Shown: piece after piece, positions 1 through 12,085 of the stretch | Numbering within the stretch: the stretch's first letter is position 1 | How the letters are laid out: every line of letters starts with the position of its first letter | Source of the DNA: the human T2T-CHM13v2.0 reference genome, Homo sapiens | Direction: 5' to 3' (one strand) | Assembly (NCBI RefSeq): GCF_009914755.1 | Contig: NC_060935.1 | DNA length: 64,000 bases | The notes under the pieces: model-generated | Database searches by the model: none | What the model was told of the DNA's origin: nothing | What the model saw: the letters and a program-made list of their open reading frames with translations, nothing else | Translations under genes and position numbers: made by a program

Positions 1-340
1 GAGGTTTGCCCTTTCCCCGTCCTGCTCTGCTGTCTATGGTGACTTCTCATACCCTGGGCACATTTTCTCCTGGAGAAAGTAGAGAGCTATGAGCAAATGG
101 TCACAGAGAAAATGGTTCACTTGGCCTCTTTAGTCCAAGAGACTTCCAGAACTATTGAGAAGGGGGCCAAACAGAAATGGAAAAGTTAATAACTTCCTTA
201 TTTGAAAGCTAAGCCTTTGTAAACTTATCACGTGTGCTTTTCCTCATGGAGGATTAACAGCCTGACAAGGTTGAACTTTGAAAGAAAAGCTATTTGTGAC
301 TTATGGGGGAGCTAGCAAAAAAAAAAAGTTCTTGACTTTT

Positions 341-380
341 TAAAAACAAAACAAAACAAAAAACAAAACAAAACAAAAAA
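341..380. repeat. (CAAAA)n A-rich simple repeat
   Basis: aaaacaaaacaaaacaaaaaacaaaacaaaacaaaaaa read directly. Confidence 0.9.
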
Positions 381-804
381 TGCCCAAGCAAACCCAAATG
401 CGTTAATTTTTCTCAGGCCTGTAACTCAAAAAGGGCACTTCCGCTTTGGTTGAAACTTTGCAAATAACTCTCCTCTGAGTGAAAGTGAGGTGGGAGCAAG
501 TGGCCTCCTCCAAAGAATTGGTCCAGTAATATTTATAAGAGTTGGAAATAAAGGTCCAGAGGGGAATTGTTCTCAAAGGCTAAAATGATGGAACTGTTCC
601 TAGCAATTCCTTCCTTTATTTCCAGTATCCCAAGGCAATTATGGTAACATTTCACCAAATCTGACCAACCTCCTTTCAAATTCCCAGTGAGTTACATAAG
701 AGTTTGAAATTGAGCTTACTTTTATAGGGGTTTCAAAGCAAGTTAATAACACAAATAAGGCTTTAGGAAGGGGTGTTAAGGACAGAAGTGCCTCTGACAT
801 TAGA

Positions 805-960
805 GTTTGTGTCCCAGAATTTATTAGCTGTGCACCTCTGGGCAGATTCCTTCTTGAAGTCTCAGTTGCCTCCTTTGTAAAGCGGGATAATTACAATGAA
901 CAGTTGTTAGGCTCAAATGGGAACAGTCTGATCTGATAAAAGTTAGTTATTTCCATTACT
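805..960 (+). mobile_element. MIR SINE fragment
   Basis: Degenerate MIR core ttattagctgtg...ctcagttgcctcctttgtaaagcgggataat. Confidence 0.6.
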
Positions 961-1488
961 ACTTATAAAAACAAGCATTTAAAATTGGTTTGGAATAAAC
1001 AGTGAAATGCTAGGTATATAGCAGTATTTATGTGAAAGCAAGTCCCTCAGGAGCTCTATTCAAGAACGATTTTTAAACCTGAGTTTCATTGCTAATCATA
1101 CTTAAAAGAAACTATTTTTATCCAACAGAACTACTTTATTATATATGTTCAGATTTTAAAGTTTCATTAATTCATTAATTCAGATTTTAGAGAATGCAGA
1201 ATTCCTTCCCCTACTTACTCTGGTCTAAAATAATGAGAATTTTTGTATCTACTATTTTTGTCATCTTGGGGCCTCCCAAGGTGCTGGAAGAGGAAGCAAC
1301 ATGAATTCAATATATCACCATCATTATCAGCATTTCTGGCATTATTTGTCAAGGTGAGGTTATTGTTTCTGGCCCCATGAACTTTATAACAGGAGGGGCA
1401 GATGAAGAATCAAACCTGAGCGGTCAGATGGGCACAGCTAACAGCACACAAAGGCACAAGGGAGGCTTTGCATGGGAGGCAAAAAGAA

Positions 1489-1687
1489 AAGACTTGTGGT
1501 CAGGGTAGTTGGTTTGGATGGAGATTGTTAGGCTAAACATTAAGTAGTATTCTAGAGGAGATGAGTGACATCAGAAGGGGTACTGCCTGTTTTACAGAAA
1601 TGACTCACCCATGAGAAAAGGCAAAGAACAGTAGAAAACCTGAATGGTTTATTATAGTGTTATGTCTGCAATTTATGGTCAGAGTCA
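1489..1687 (+). repeat. Copy 1 of ~200-bp local direct duplication
   Basis: Hand alignment to 3685-3886: 13 substitutions and one 3-nt indel (~93% identity). Confidence 0.95.
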
Positions 1688-2011
1688 GTTTGACTCTGGT
1701 CTTCACAGAGAAAATAATACCTGATAAGTCTGGATCCAGACTGAAGGAGGAAATGTAGTAAGTAGCAGGGAAATAGTGGTGGGGCACAGGAAAATTGTAA
1801 GTGAGCTTCTAAACATAATGGTGCTCCAAACAGTCAAACATCATAACTCGTGTATTTTTTATCCGAAGTGCTTGAAGCTGTTTCATAAATTCCCTAGCAC
1901 CTCATTATTTGGGTAGAGTTTCTAAATTTTGGATTTTTAAAAATGCAGTTTTGTTATTTTTAAGTGCTTGAGATACCTGGGAAGAAGAAGCCAAGCTCTC
2001 CAGATAGTGAC

Positions 2012-2320
2012 TTAGTATTTTTCAAACCTCAGACTACATCTCGTTAGTGGGTCACAAAATCAATATGTATGGGTTTGACTAGACTATTTTTTGTATTCTT
2101 TATTTGGGACATTTTTCATGTTTTATTTGTTATTTGATCATATCAGCATCATTTTTGATACTTACTGCATTTTTACTCCATCATCTACTATATAAGCATT
2201 ATTTTGTGAATTTTTCAATTTGCTTATATACAATTTCACACATCTGTGTGTTGTGTGAGTGTACCAGAATGTAATGTAAAATATATTTCTTACCATAGGT
2301 CGTGGTGAAAACAAGTTTGA
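2012..2320. mobile_element. hAT-Charlie-type DNA transposon remnant
   Basis: Terminal-like tagtatttttcaaac...tagtgggtcacaaaatcaat and atttcttaccataggtcgtggtgaaaacaagtttga; subfamily uncertain. Confidence 0.4.
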
Positions 2321-2474
2321 CTTTCTTTATTCAAAGAATACTTAAACATTGATTTATTAGTGGTTTGAATAAACAGTTCTAATTCTTAAAATAGACTATT
2401 ATTTAGTTTAAACAGTGCCACTACGAACTCATTTACACTCTTATTATGTGTACTTGGCCCAGCCCAATGCTGTG

Positions 2475-2625
2475 CAGCTGGCATAAGAACCACCTGGGGA
2501 ATGTTTCCAAAGCCTGTATTCTAAGGCTCTACCTAGCTCAGTAGGTCTGGGGTGATTTCCAGGAATCTGTATTTTTAAAAACAAATACCTCAGGTGACTC
2601 TGATGTATTGCTTGGGTAGTACATC
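2475..2625. mobile_element. MER5-family (hAT-Charlie) MITE
   Basis: gaaccacctgggga...tcagtaggtctggggtg...ggaatctgtattttt...caggtgactctgatg. Confidence 0.65.
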
Positions 2626-3195
2626 ACTAGTGCAGGAAACAATTTCTTTGGTTGACGGGGTGGTGGTAAGTAAACATTATCCAGGTGTCCTTCTAAATTT
2701 TTTTAAAGTTGATTTGAGAATGTCCAAGTTAATAAGCTTCAACTCTGAAAGTGCTGGCATTTACAGATAAATGAAACAAAGCCTGAAGAGAAAGACTTAG
2801 GTTTAGGACCAAGGACTTGAGACCAAGGACTCTAGTTATGAACAGGGAATTTTGCAAACCTGCCCACAATCTCTACCCCTTGATAAATCTTTTCATGTTT
2901 TACTTTAGCCAACACATTTCCAGTTAGTTTGCATTTTGAATGATTTATATTATTTCATAAGTTTCATGGGAGAGAAAGATAGATGATGGAAGGGAAACAG
3001 GAAAGGGTATAAAACAGCAGTTTGTGCAGACAATGTCATGCAAATTTGAGAAGCATTGTAGAAAAATGCCGAAAAAACCCAACCAGGCTGTAAATGACAA
3101 ACTGTGATCTTTCTGTATTTCTAAATCTACATCTGTTAAAAGTTGTTTTCTTACTGAAGGCTAACATTGGCTATCATGGACTTTCATTTAGTTTG

Positions 3196-3330
3196 CTTTT
3201 TTCTTCCTCCCTCCCTCCCTCCCTCACTCCCCCCCTCACTCCACTTCTTCCTTCCTTCCCTCCCTTCTTCCCTTCCTCCCTTCCTTCCTTTCTCCCTCCC
3301 TCCCTCCCTTCCTCCCTTCCACTCTCTTTT
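3196..3330. repeat. (CCCT/CCTT)n polypyrimidine-polypurine tract
   Basis: ~130 nt almost purely C/T on the + strand. Confidence 0.9.
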
Positions 3331-3365
3331 TCTGTTTCCATCTTTATGATAAGGTCACCTTATCA

Positions 3366-3684
<319 letters not shown>

Positions 3685-3886
3685 AAGATTTGTGGTCAGG
3701 GTAGTTGGTTTGGATGGAGTTTTTTAGGCTAAAAATTAAGTAGGGGTCTAGAGGAGATGAGTGACATCAGAAGGGGTACTGCCTATTTTACAGAAATGAC
3801 TCACCCATGAGAAAAGGCAAAGAACATCAGTAGAAAGCCTGAATCATTTATTATAGTGTTGTGTCTACAATTTATGGTCAGAGTCA
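3685..3886 (+). repeat. Copy 2 of ~200-bp local direct duplication
   Basis: Matches 1489-1687; begins at the Alu 3' TSD. Confidence 0.95.
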
Positions 3887-4559
3887 TTTCAAGATAACAT
3901 TTCAAATAATACTAATTACATATCTAGTCAATGTCTGCATTGATACAAGAAAACCAATAATCCTAATAACATTCCTACTTGCTGCTGATCTGCAGTGAAT
4001 ATTTATTAGGCATCTGCTTCGGATCATATACTGTCCTTAGGATGTGGTGGTAAGTAAGATGAGCAAGGTCTCTGTCAGCGTGGCATTTACTGTCTAAGTG
4101 GGGAGACTGATAACAGACAGTCAAGATAGCAGCAGATAATGGTGACCACTTTGAAGATGACAAAATAGGATAATGCAATCGAGTGTTGGGGATTCATTAG
4201 AGAAACCTTCCGCCCGGGGAGCAATGTCATAGTGAGGACAATACCACAAATGAGGACTGGGCAGAAGGACCTGTGAAAAAGCAGCTGTCACATTAGTCAG
4301 CCTTCCCACTTCCTTCTTTAATTTATCCGGTAAATACTTGCAGGGTGTAAGAGTTGGTATGGTCCAGCTGTTGGGGCAACTTTCAACACAGCAGGGTGAG
4401 CAGGCATTAAATAAATAGTCATTTGAACACGCTTGCGAATATTGTGAGTGAGGTGTGGATGATGCACTTAGAGGTTAGAACTCAGGAACCCAGTTGACAC
4501 TGAAGGATTAGGGAGATTTCAAATGAAGTTAAGAGTTTAACAAATGAGTAAATGGATTT

Positions 4560-6110
4560 TAGGTAATGGGTGCCAGATTCCTCACTGTCAGAGAAAAAAG
4601 TTACCAATAAGTAACTTTTTTAAGTGGAAGAAAGCTAGAATAATCCCCGTGGTGCTGGATTCATGCCAAGGACAAGAGACAATATTAACTCATGTTTGTA
4701 TATAGACACATATGTGTATGCACACATACCTACAGATAGATACAGATATGTGTGCATACATGGGTTAGTTTTTTATATATGATCTAGCTCAGTTTGCTGA
4801 GGTGGTCTAGAAGCAACGACACCTCAGTAGCAAGGAACACAGCCAGTATCCATATCTTGGTTTCTATTAATATATGTCATTCTCCAATAAAAGGAACTAC
4901 GGCTCCTTGGAGACATGTCTGCTGATAGGGCTGGGGCAAGATGAGCTTGGAGTATAATGTAGTGCAAGAAAGCCTGAAAGTGCTAAAAGATTTAAAAAGA
5001 AAGAAAGGAAGAAAAGAAGAAAGGGAAGGAGGGCAGTAGGAAAGAAGAAAACTAGAGACATGTTAAAAGGACACGGGTCAATCTGAAAGAACTACCAATG
5101 GCCAAAATTGAAGCACTCCGAGCAAGAAAGAAATAACATAGTACTGAATTATAACCCAAAGTCTAAAATATATATATGTGGAAATCCATATTGATATAAA
5201 TAAATAAAAGGTGGAGAAGGGGCCAATCTTTCTTACAGAAGCATTCCAAATAATATATGTAGACACCCTCTTCAGGAGATGGAGCTTAATTCACCTCCTC
5301 TTGTGGCTTGAACCTAGTGACTCCTTTCTAAAGAATAGAATATGAACATGGAACCCTTGTAACTTTACAGTGGAGAAAGCTGGAAATCAATACCTTAACC
5401 ATGTAAGTGATCAACGCTAATATCACCAGTGATAAGTCATGCTGAGACCACATGTATTCGTCTGTTCTCACCCTGCTAATAAAGACATACCTGAGAATGG
5501 GTAACTTATAAAGGAAAGAGGTTTAATGGACTCACAGTTCCACATAGCTGGGGGCACCTCACAATCATGGAGGAAAGCGAGTGAGGAGCAAAGTCATGTT
5601 TTACATGGCAGCAGGCAAGAGAGCTTGTGTAGGGGGACTAACCTTTATAAAACCATCAGATCTCGTGAGACTTATTCCTTATCACCAGAACAGCATGAGA
5701 AAGACCCACCCCCGTGATTCAGTTACTTCCTACAGGGTCCCTCCCACTACATGTGGGAATTATGGCAGATACAATTCAAGATGAGATTTGGGTGGGGACA
5801 CAGCCAAACCATGTCACCACATATCCGCAGATATGTGATAAGAAGGCACTAGAACTCTAGTCTAATAATGTGGAAAATATCAGATAAATCCAAATTGAGG
5901 GACATTCTATAAAATACCTCATTAGTACTTTTAAGAACTGTCAGGGTTATGAAAAACAAAGAAAGACTGAGAAACTGCTCCAGATTGAAAGAGACTAAGG
6001 AAACAGGTTAACTGAATGCAGTGTGGTATCTTCAAGCAGAAATAGAATACGAATGGAAAAACTGGTGAAATAGCAATGAAGTCTATGGCTTAGTTAATAA
6101 TCGGGGGGAA
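4560..6110 (+). mobile_element. L1MC-type LINE-1 3' end, split by the THE1 LTR
   Basis: ataccttaacc...atcaccagtgataagtca before the LTR; aaatccaaattgagggacattct...gaaagactgagaaactgctccagattga after it. Confidence 0.7.
5453..5816 (-). mobile_element. THE1 (THE1C-like) MaLR solo LTR
   Basis: TG...CA ends; gctaataaagacatacc, aaaaccatcagatctcgtgagac, gagatttgggtggggacacagccaaacc; 5-bp TSD CCACA at 5448-5452 and 5817-5821. Confidence 0.93.
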
Positions 6111-7131
6111 AATCAAGAAAAAAACCCCAAAAGACCTTAGTCTTCTTAAAGGAGAAGCATCTTAGGAAGGATGGATAATACGATATTTCCTTTCAAAAGG
6201 AAACTGACCTCCAGAGGATACTTGCAAGTTGTTAGGGGACTGAACTACCCTTATGTTCTATTTACCCACGGAATATGCCAGCTTTTGGAATAGAGATTGG
6301 GGAGAAGCAGGCTGCTCCTGAGAATACTCAGGGGGCCTCTGAGTCTGCCTTGTACAGGTGTAAGACATGTCCCTAGGCCAACCTCAGACTGTTACTGAGC
6401 TACATAGGGAGGGACTTGAAGTTTTAATGCATCTGAGCGGTGTGTGACAGTGTGTATCCGGAAATGAGGAGTTCTGGGCTGATGAGCTGCTGCGTCCAGC
6501 CCTGCTGGGTCTTTCCTATTCAATACCTTCCTGCATACACAGACACCACAGGGCTGTACATATTTGCAAATAAATAGCCTAATGTTATTTAGCCCTCCCT
6601 GTTTGCCTGTTCATTTCTCTCTTTGCAAATAAGCAAATAGCTCCTACAGGGCAGGAAAAGTATATGCACAGCCTTGGATCTCCTTCAATGTAGAGAAACC
6701 CATGCCTGTGAAGTTCCTGACTACACCCACAGACTTGGCTTCGGCAAATTGACCACCAGCTAGATTTTTCTAAGGTCAACGTTTTTCTCTCTGAGTTTAT
6801 TAAAATACGAAAGTGCATTGTGTTATTTATATTTAATAGTACATTGGAGAAATTGGAACTTTAAAGACAAGAGCCTTGTTTAGGGTCACAGAGGGAGTCC
6901 ACAAATGAGTAAGGAACAAATTTCCTGAATGCTTAATCCACTATCTCCAAACCCCTACTCCACCTTTCTTTGCATTTGTAGGTGAGGATTATGCATCTTT
7001 CCTGGGGTTTCTATGACTTGCTTTTCCCAGTGGCTTTTCAAAGATACATGTTCAGTAGGAAGAGATTGTATGTTTCAGGTCCCCAGCCCTATGGTAGGGC
7101 TCCTTGGGTGTCAAATGTTATTAGAGGCAAC

Positions 7132-7187
7132 AATAATAATAATGCTGACGATGGTGCTGGTGGTGGTAATGATGATGGTGATAATGG
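7132..7187. repeat. Degenerate (AAT/GAT/GGT)n trinucleotide repeat
   Basis: aataataataatgctgacgatggtgctggtggtggtaatgatgatggtgataatgg. Confidence 0.75.
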
Positions 7188-7614
7188 AACGCACAGAACT
7201 TTGTTACAAAACCATTGCTGTTATTATTATCACATTGGCTGCAGCACAAAAAATGATTTCAAGTGCTGCAGCCCAGGAAGAATTTCATTCCCTTCCCACT
7301 TTGAGGAGCCAGAGAGAAGCCTAACAAAAAGATGTTGAAAGCAACCCCTCCATGTGGTCCCACATCACAACATAGTCTGCAGAGCTCTAAAAGGAAGTCA
7401 TCTCAGCAAATTGTCACTGTCATCATGTCTCCATGGCCAGTGTAGCGCTTGATCATTTGCAAAGCTCTTAAGGCTGCAGGACAGAAATGAAGGAAGGGGC
7501 AAAGGGAATGGCCATACTCAGGAAAAGCTGGAGGTGCAAAACTCCAGATTGAGATCTAATAATAGTTGTAGAGTTTTCAGCAATAACTACATCTTCTCTT
7601 CCTACCTGTTTTGT

Positions 7615-7900
7615 GAGGGTACTTTGTTATTCTGCGATAACAAGACCCCCCCTAAATCTCACTCATGCTGTAGATCCACCGTGTGCCATCAGGGGGCTCT
7701 GCTCCATTTCATCCTCACCCTCAGATCTGGGCTGATGGGGGGTCCACCATCTGGAACATCTCTAGATGAAGATGTAGAGAGATGAGAAGACACCAAGAAG
7801 TGCGCACTGGCTCATAAATGTTTTCGTCATCTGCTGCTGACACGTTACTTCTGCATGCGTGGTACTGGCTGCTGTACCTGGCCTCATGTGGTGGGGAAGT
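7615..7900 (-). mobile_element. Old MLT1 (K/L-like) MaLR LTR fragment
   Basis: ttattctgcgataacaagaccccc...ggggctctgctccat...ccaccatctggaacatc. Confidence 0.5.
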
Positions 7901-8049
7901 GCTGTCTCCATTATGGCAGATGGAGAGAAAAACAGCAAATATCCCCTTATCCTGTGTGTGTAAGACAGGTAGCGTAGTAGGCAAGCTGGGGTGCAGGTAC
8001 TGCATGTTGAATTGGCACCCAGTCTTAGAACTACTTTTCTACTTTGGCT

Positions 8050-8453
8050 CCTTTTCTACAGAGTCTGGAAAACTGAACAATTGACTTTCCAGCGTATCTT
8101 GTATCATGGGTTGCCAAATGCAGGTTCTGGGGAAATAAAATGTAGAACAGCAGTATGATGGGTGGGCATCTCTTGCTTAAGAAAGACAAAGTCTCAGGAG
8201 GAGAAGAGTCCTTACTTGTCCATTTGTTCTTGTAGGAAACATGGATGCCACACCTGAAAGGCAGTGGCCATTTCGGTAATCACCTGAGGCAAGATCAGAA
8301 AAAATCTAAAAGAATTGCAGAGATGCTGACCTTGATGACTTCAAGCTGCTGAACCAAGGTCAATAGCCACTTTTCTTTAGATTTCTTGTAATGTGATACA
8401 AAGAAACCCATTTGTTCTGTTACTTGCCATAAAATGTATTCCTAACTGTTACA
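8050..8453 (+). mobile_element. Old MLT1 (J/K-like) MaLR LTR fragment
   Basis: Typical 3' end ttctgttacttgcc...attcctaactgttaca. Confidence 0.5.
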
Positions 8454-11096
8454 GAAGCAGGAAGAACTGGAGGTCACAAGACTCTCATTTAGCAAATTAG
8501 AAAATTGAGACATAAGAAGTTAAATGACGTACTTTAGGCTCCCAGAAAAAAATAGCAGACATGCTGGTCTAGGGATTAGAAATTCGTGATTCTTTGATGG
8601 CACTTGTTTGTTGTTGTTGTTTTGTTTTGTTTTATTTTCTCTGGGTTCAAACCAACTCTGCCATAACGCTGACAGACATATTTTATGTGATGTTTGCATT
8701 AATCCTCCCACCCCTAATCTCTGTGGCCCATTATAGCCCTCCCCCGACACCAGAATCTTTCCAATCAGATTGAAAATCCATCTACAGAAGAAACACCATC
8801 TTCCCAGTCGGAAGCCAAGGCGGCTATGGCTACCTTCCCATCAGGCAAACATGATCGGTCTGAGACAGGATGTGTTGTATCCTCTGAGAAGTTTTCCACT
8901 TTCAAATTACCACTCGAATGTCAAGGGCAAGAAGAAAAGGCATCTGAAGTCAGCGTGCCGAGGTGTAGCTCTGCTACGGCAGCGCATGTAATATAGCAGG
9001 GAATCATAATTGATTTCTAATGGCAGAGAACATTTAACCCGGCCGTGCGCAGAGAGAGGAACGGAGCGAGGAGGAGAAAAGAAGCTGAGCTCCAACTCCC
9101 ACTTAAAAACTTCTTGAAGTCTAAATTAATTTGGTCCTATCTCACTTACAGGGAAAGTATCTATTTCACTTGCAGCTAAACTGAGCGTTTGCTTAACCTC
9201 TTGGGGGATAGGCTATAGCTGCACGTAGACCTTTGCAAGAAGTGGCACGGTTATCCAATTTCCCTCTAATTGCTCTAACAAGGATGAATTAGGACTTTCA
9301 TCAGCAGGACTGAGTGATCAGTTTGGAGTCAGCCATGGGCGGTGAAGCTGGTTATTAAACAAAACTACGGTGTTAACTCCTAATAATACACAGTGAGGGC
9401 AAATTAAGCAGAAGACAAATATGCCACACTGGTGACACTGGAGAATATGTTCTCTCGACTTTATATTTTAAAGTGATGCTATTATTAGTGCCATCTAAGT
9501 TCATTTCTAAGGCATAATAGGGAAGTAAATGTTCACTTGGGCTTTCTATGTAGTTAAAAAGAAACCATCTGACAAGGGAACACGGTATACTGTTGAAATG
9601 CCCACTTGGACTAAGCTCCACTTTGAGATACATTAATTATTCCAATAACATCGCATTAGGAGAGCGGACAGAAAGCCTAGACAACACTGTAGTCCCCTGA
9701 TAATTGTTGCTGGCTGAGGAGGACTGTGGCTACCACTGACTTTGTTGTCTTTGCTCAAAATGTCACTGTGCTTGTCCAAGGTAGCATAAAATAAAACACT
9801 TCTGTTTCCACCCAGTTTATCTCCAGCCTTACTATCCTGTCACTGACTCCCTTTCGCAAGTGTAAGTTACAGCAGACATGCTGACTCTGGAAAGACAGGG
9901 CTATTGAAAATGCAATTTGAGTTAAATAAATTGATCATATATCATGAGAGTGGAGGAGGAGAGAGAGAACTATTTTCTCATCTCATCAAAACCTCAGTGG
10001 CCTATTCTGGTAGAACCTTGTTAATTTGCAGTAAGGGCTAGGATCGACTTGACTAATTACTGAGCAGTGAGCAGCCTGGATTAGAGGCTATAGGAGCAAA
10101 CACAATTTAGAAAGTTGTGATCGTGCATCAAACAAATGGACTTTATTGTACAATTAAAAACCTAGTTGAACACTGCCTGGAATGAAATCCAATAGCGGAA
10201 TAAGTGCTTTCACAATAACACTTTCCAGAGTGAAGTCTGGTGACAAGCACAGTGCCTTTGAAAGTCAGCATCTCTGCACGCTAGACTTGGCCCAAGCATT
10301 GAATCCCTGTTGACCTTCCAAAAATGACATACCTCTTTGGGGCTCTTCTCTTTTATTCTTTGAGGGAGAGCAAGTGGGTACAAACCCTTTTTTCTCTCTA
10401 CTTGCTCTACGATCATCATGGGTGAACGTAGGGAGAACATTTTGAATTTAGCTGAGTTGATTATATGCAGAAGCCCATCCTCAGAGCATCGGTTTTCTTT
10501 CCCTCTTTTTATTTTTTATAGTCCCAGGGAAATCAGGATTATAGTTGTTTGGCTGTTTCAGACACACCTGCTGGTCATTCGCCACCTGAACCCACAATCG
10601 GGTATTTGGACTCGGCAGTGAGTCCTGCCACGGAGGCAGCTCTGACGCGACTGGTGGAGGATTAGCACTTCACGTGGGAAGAAGCAGCAGGAAAGGATGA
10701 AAATCTTAAGTAGCAAAGATCTTGTTTTCGTCTCTAGAACTCCAGTAATAAAGGCCAGTGGCAATGCTCTCGCTAGTACCAGTGTCTTGAAATGAATTAC
10801 TTTCCCCAAAAACTTTTCAGCCAGATTTCAGCAATGGCTTTCTACTTTCTCCTCCACCTACTTGCCCCATTTTTGTATACCCACCAGGCTGGGGGAACAT
10901 CAAGAGCTAGGCTGTATTACACACACAGTCATTTACTGGGCCCTGCTCGTATGCTTGTGTGTTGAGCTCTCAAACTCTAGAATTGTGCTGGGCCAAGGAC
11001 AGGCAGTGAGCACCATGGTTAAGCTTCCTGGGAGTGGATGCCTCCTCCTCTGACCTCCCTGGATACCTATTTAAGCACCATGGGAAGCTGTCAGGC

Positions 11097-11497
11097 TGTA
11101 GGGGTATGGTAAATAGAATAAAGTTATGCATCCACATGACTTTGCAGTGCAAAGTATATATTCTCTCTCTACTAACTTCGGGCTTGGTTATGTGCCGTGC
11201 TTTGCCCAGTGGCATGGGATGTGACGTGGCACAGGCTTTCAACATACTTGATGGTGTGACCTGACCTCCTGCTTTCCTGCTATTCACACAGGAATAGCCT
11301 GCTCCAAGTAGCTGCTACTTCTTTATCCTGGGTCCCAGGTTGAGAGATCTGTGAAGCAGACCTGAACTCAGCCCAGCTGATTTTCAAACCCAAGTCAGGA
11401 AAGTCACTGTTGTGCTTGTGAGCCAGTGAAGCTTTGGGCATATTCATTATACACCACTAGAACCACAAACCAACAACCAAAACACCTGATTAACACA
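11097..11497 (+). mobile_element. MLT1H/I-like MaLR LTR
   Basis: catgactttgcagtgc, gggcttggttatgtgccgtgctttgcccagtggcatg, gagccagtgaagctttggg. Confidence 0.6.
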
Positions 11498-11788
11498 GGA
11501 GGATCCCAAATCAATCAGACATATAAACTCTGCACTCAAAGAACTTGGACATGAGCTGGGGAAATAAAGCCAATACAGTCAATGAAAAAATATGAGATAA
11601 AACATGATAAGTACCCCAAGAGAAGTAATATTAATAAAAGTTTCCTTCCAGTGTGAGTGTGGGGATGAGTGGGAGGGAGGAACAGAAAGACAGCTTCATG
11701 GTGGCTGTGGTATTTGTGCTGGATCTTGAAGCTCTGTGGATCTTGAAGCTCTCATGGAGGGATGAAAACACGTGAAAGGTGAGGAATG

Positions 11789-12085
<297 letters not shown>

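Noticed and set aside
6982-7338. 118-aa ORF with an N/D/G-rich stretch
   Set aside because: Open because of a degenerate trinucleotide repeat; non-ATG start and no recognisable domain.
11720-11752. 16-bp tandem duplication, and similar short repeats at 2807-2831 and 19530-19584
   Set aside because: Ordinary slippage-scale duplications with nothing to suggest function.
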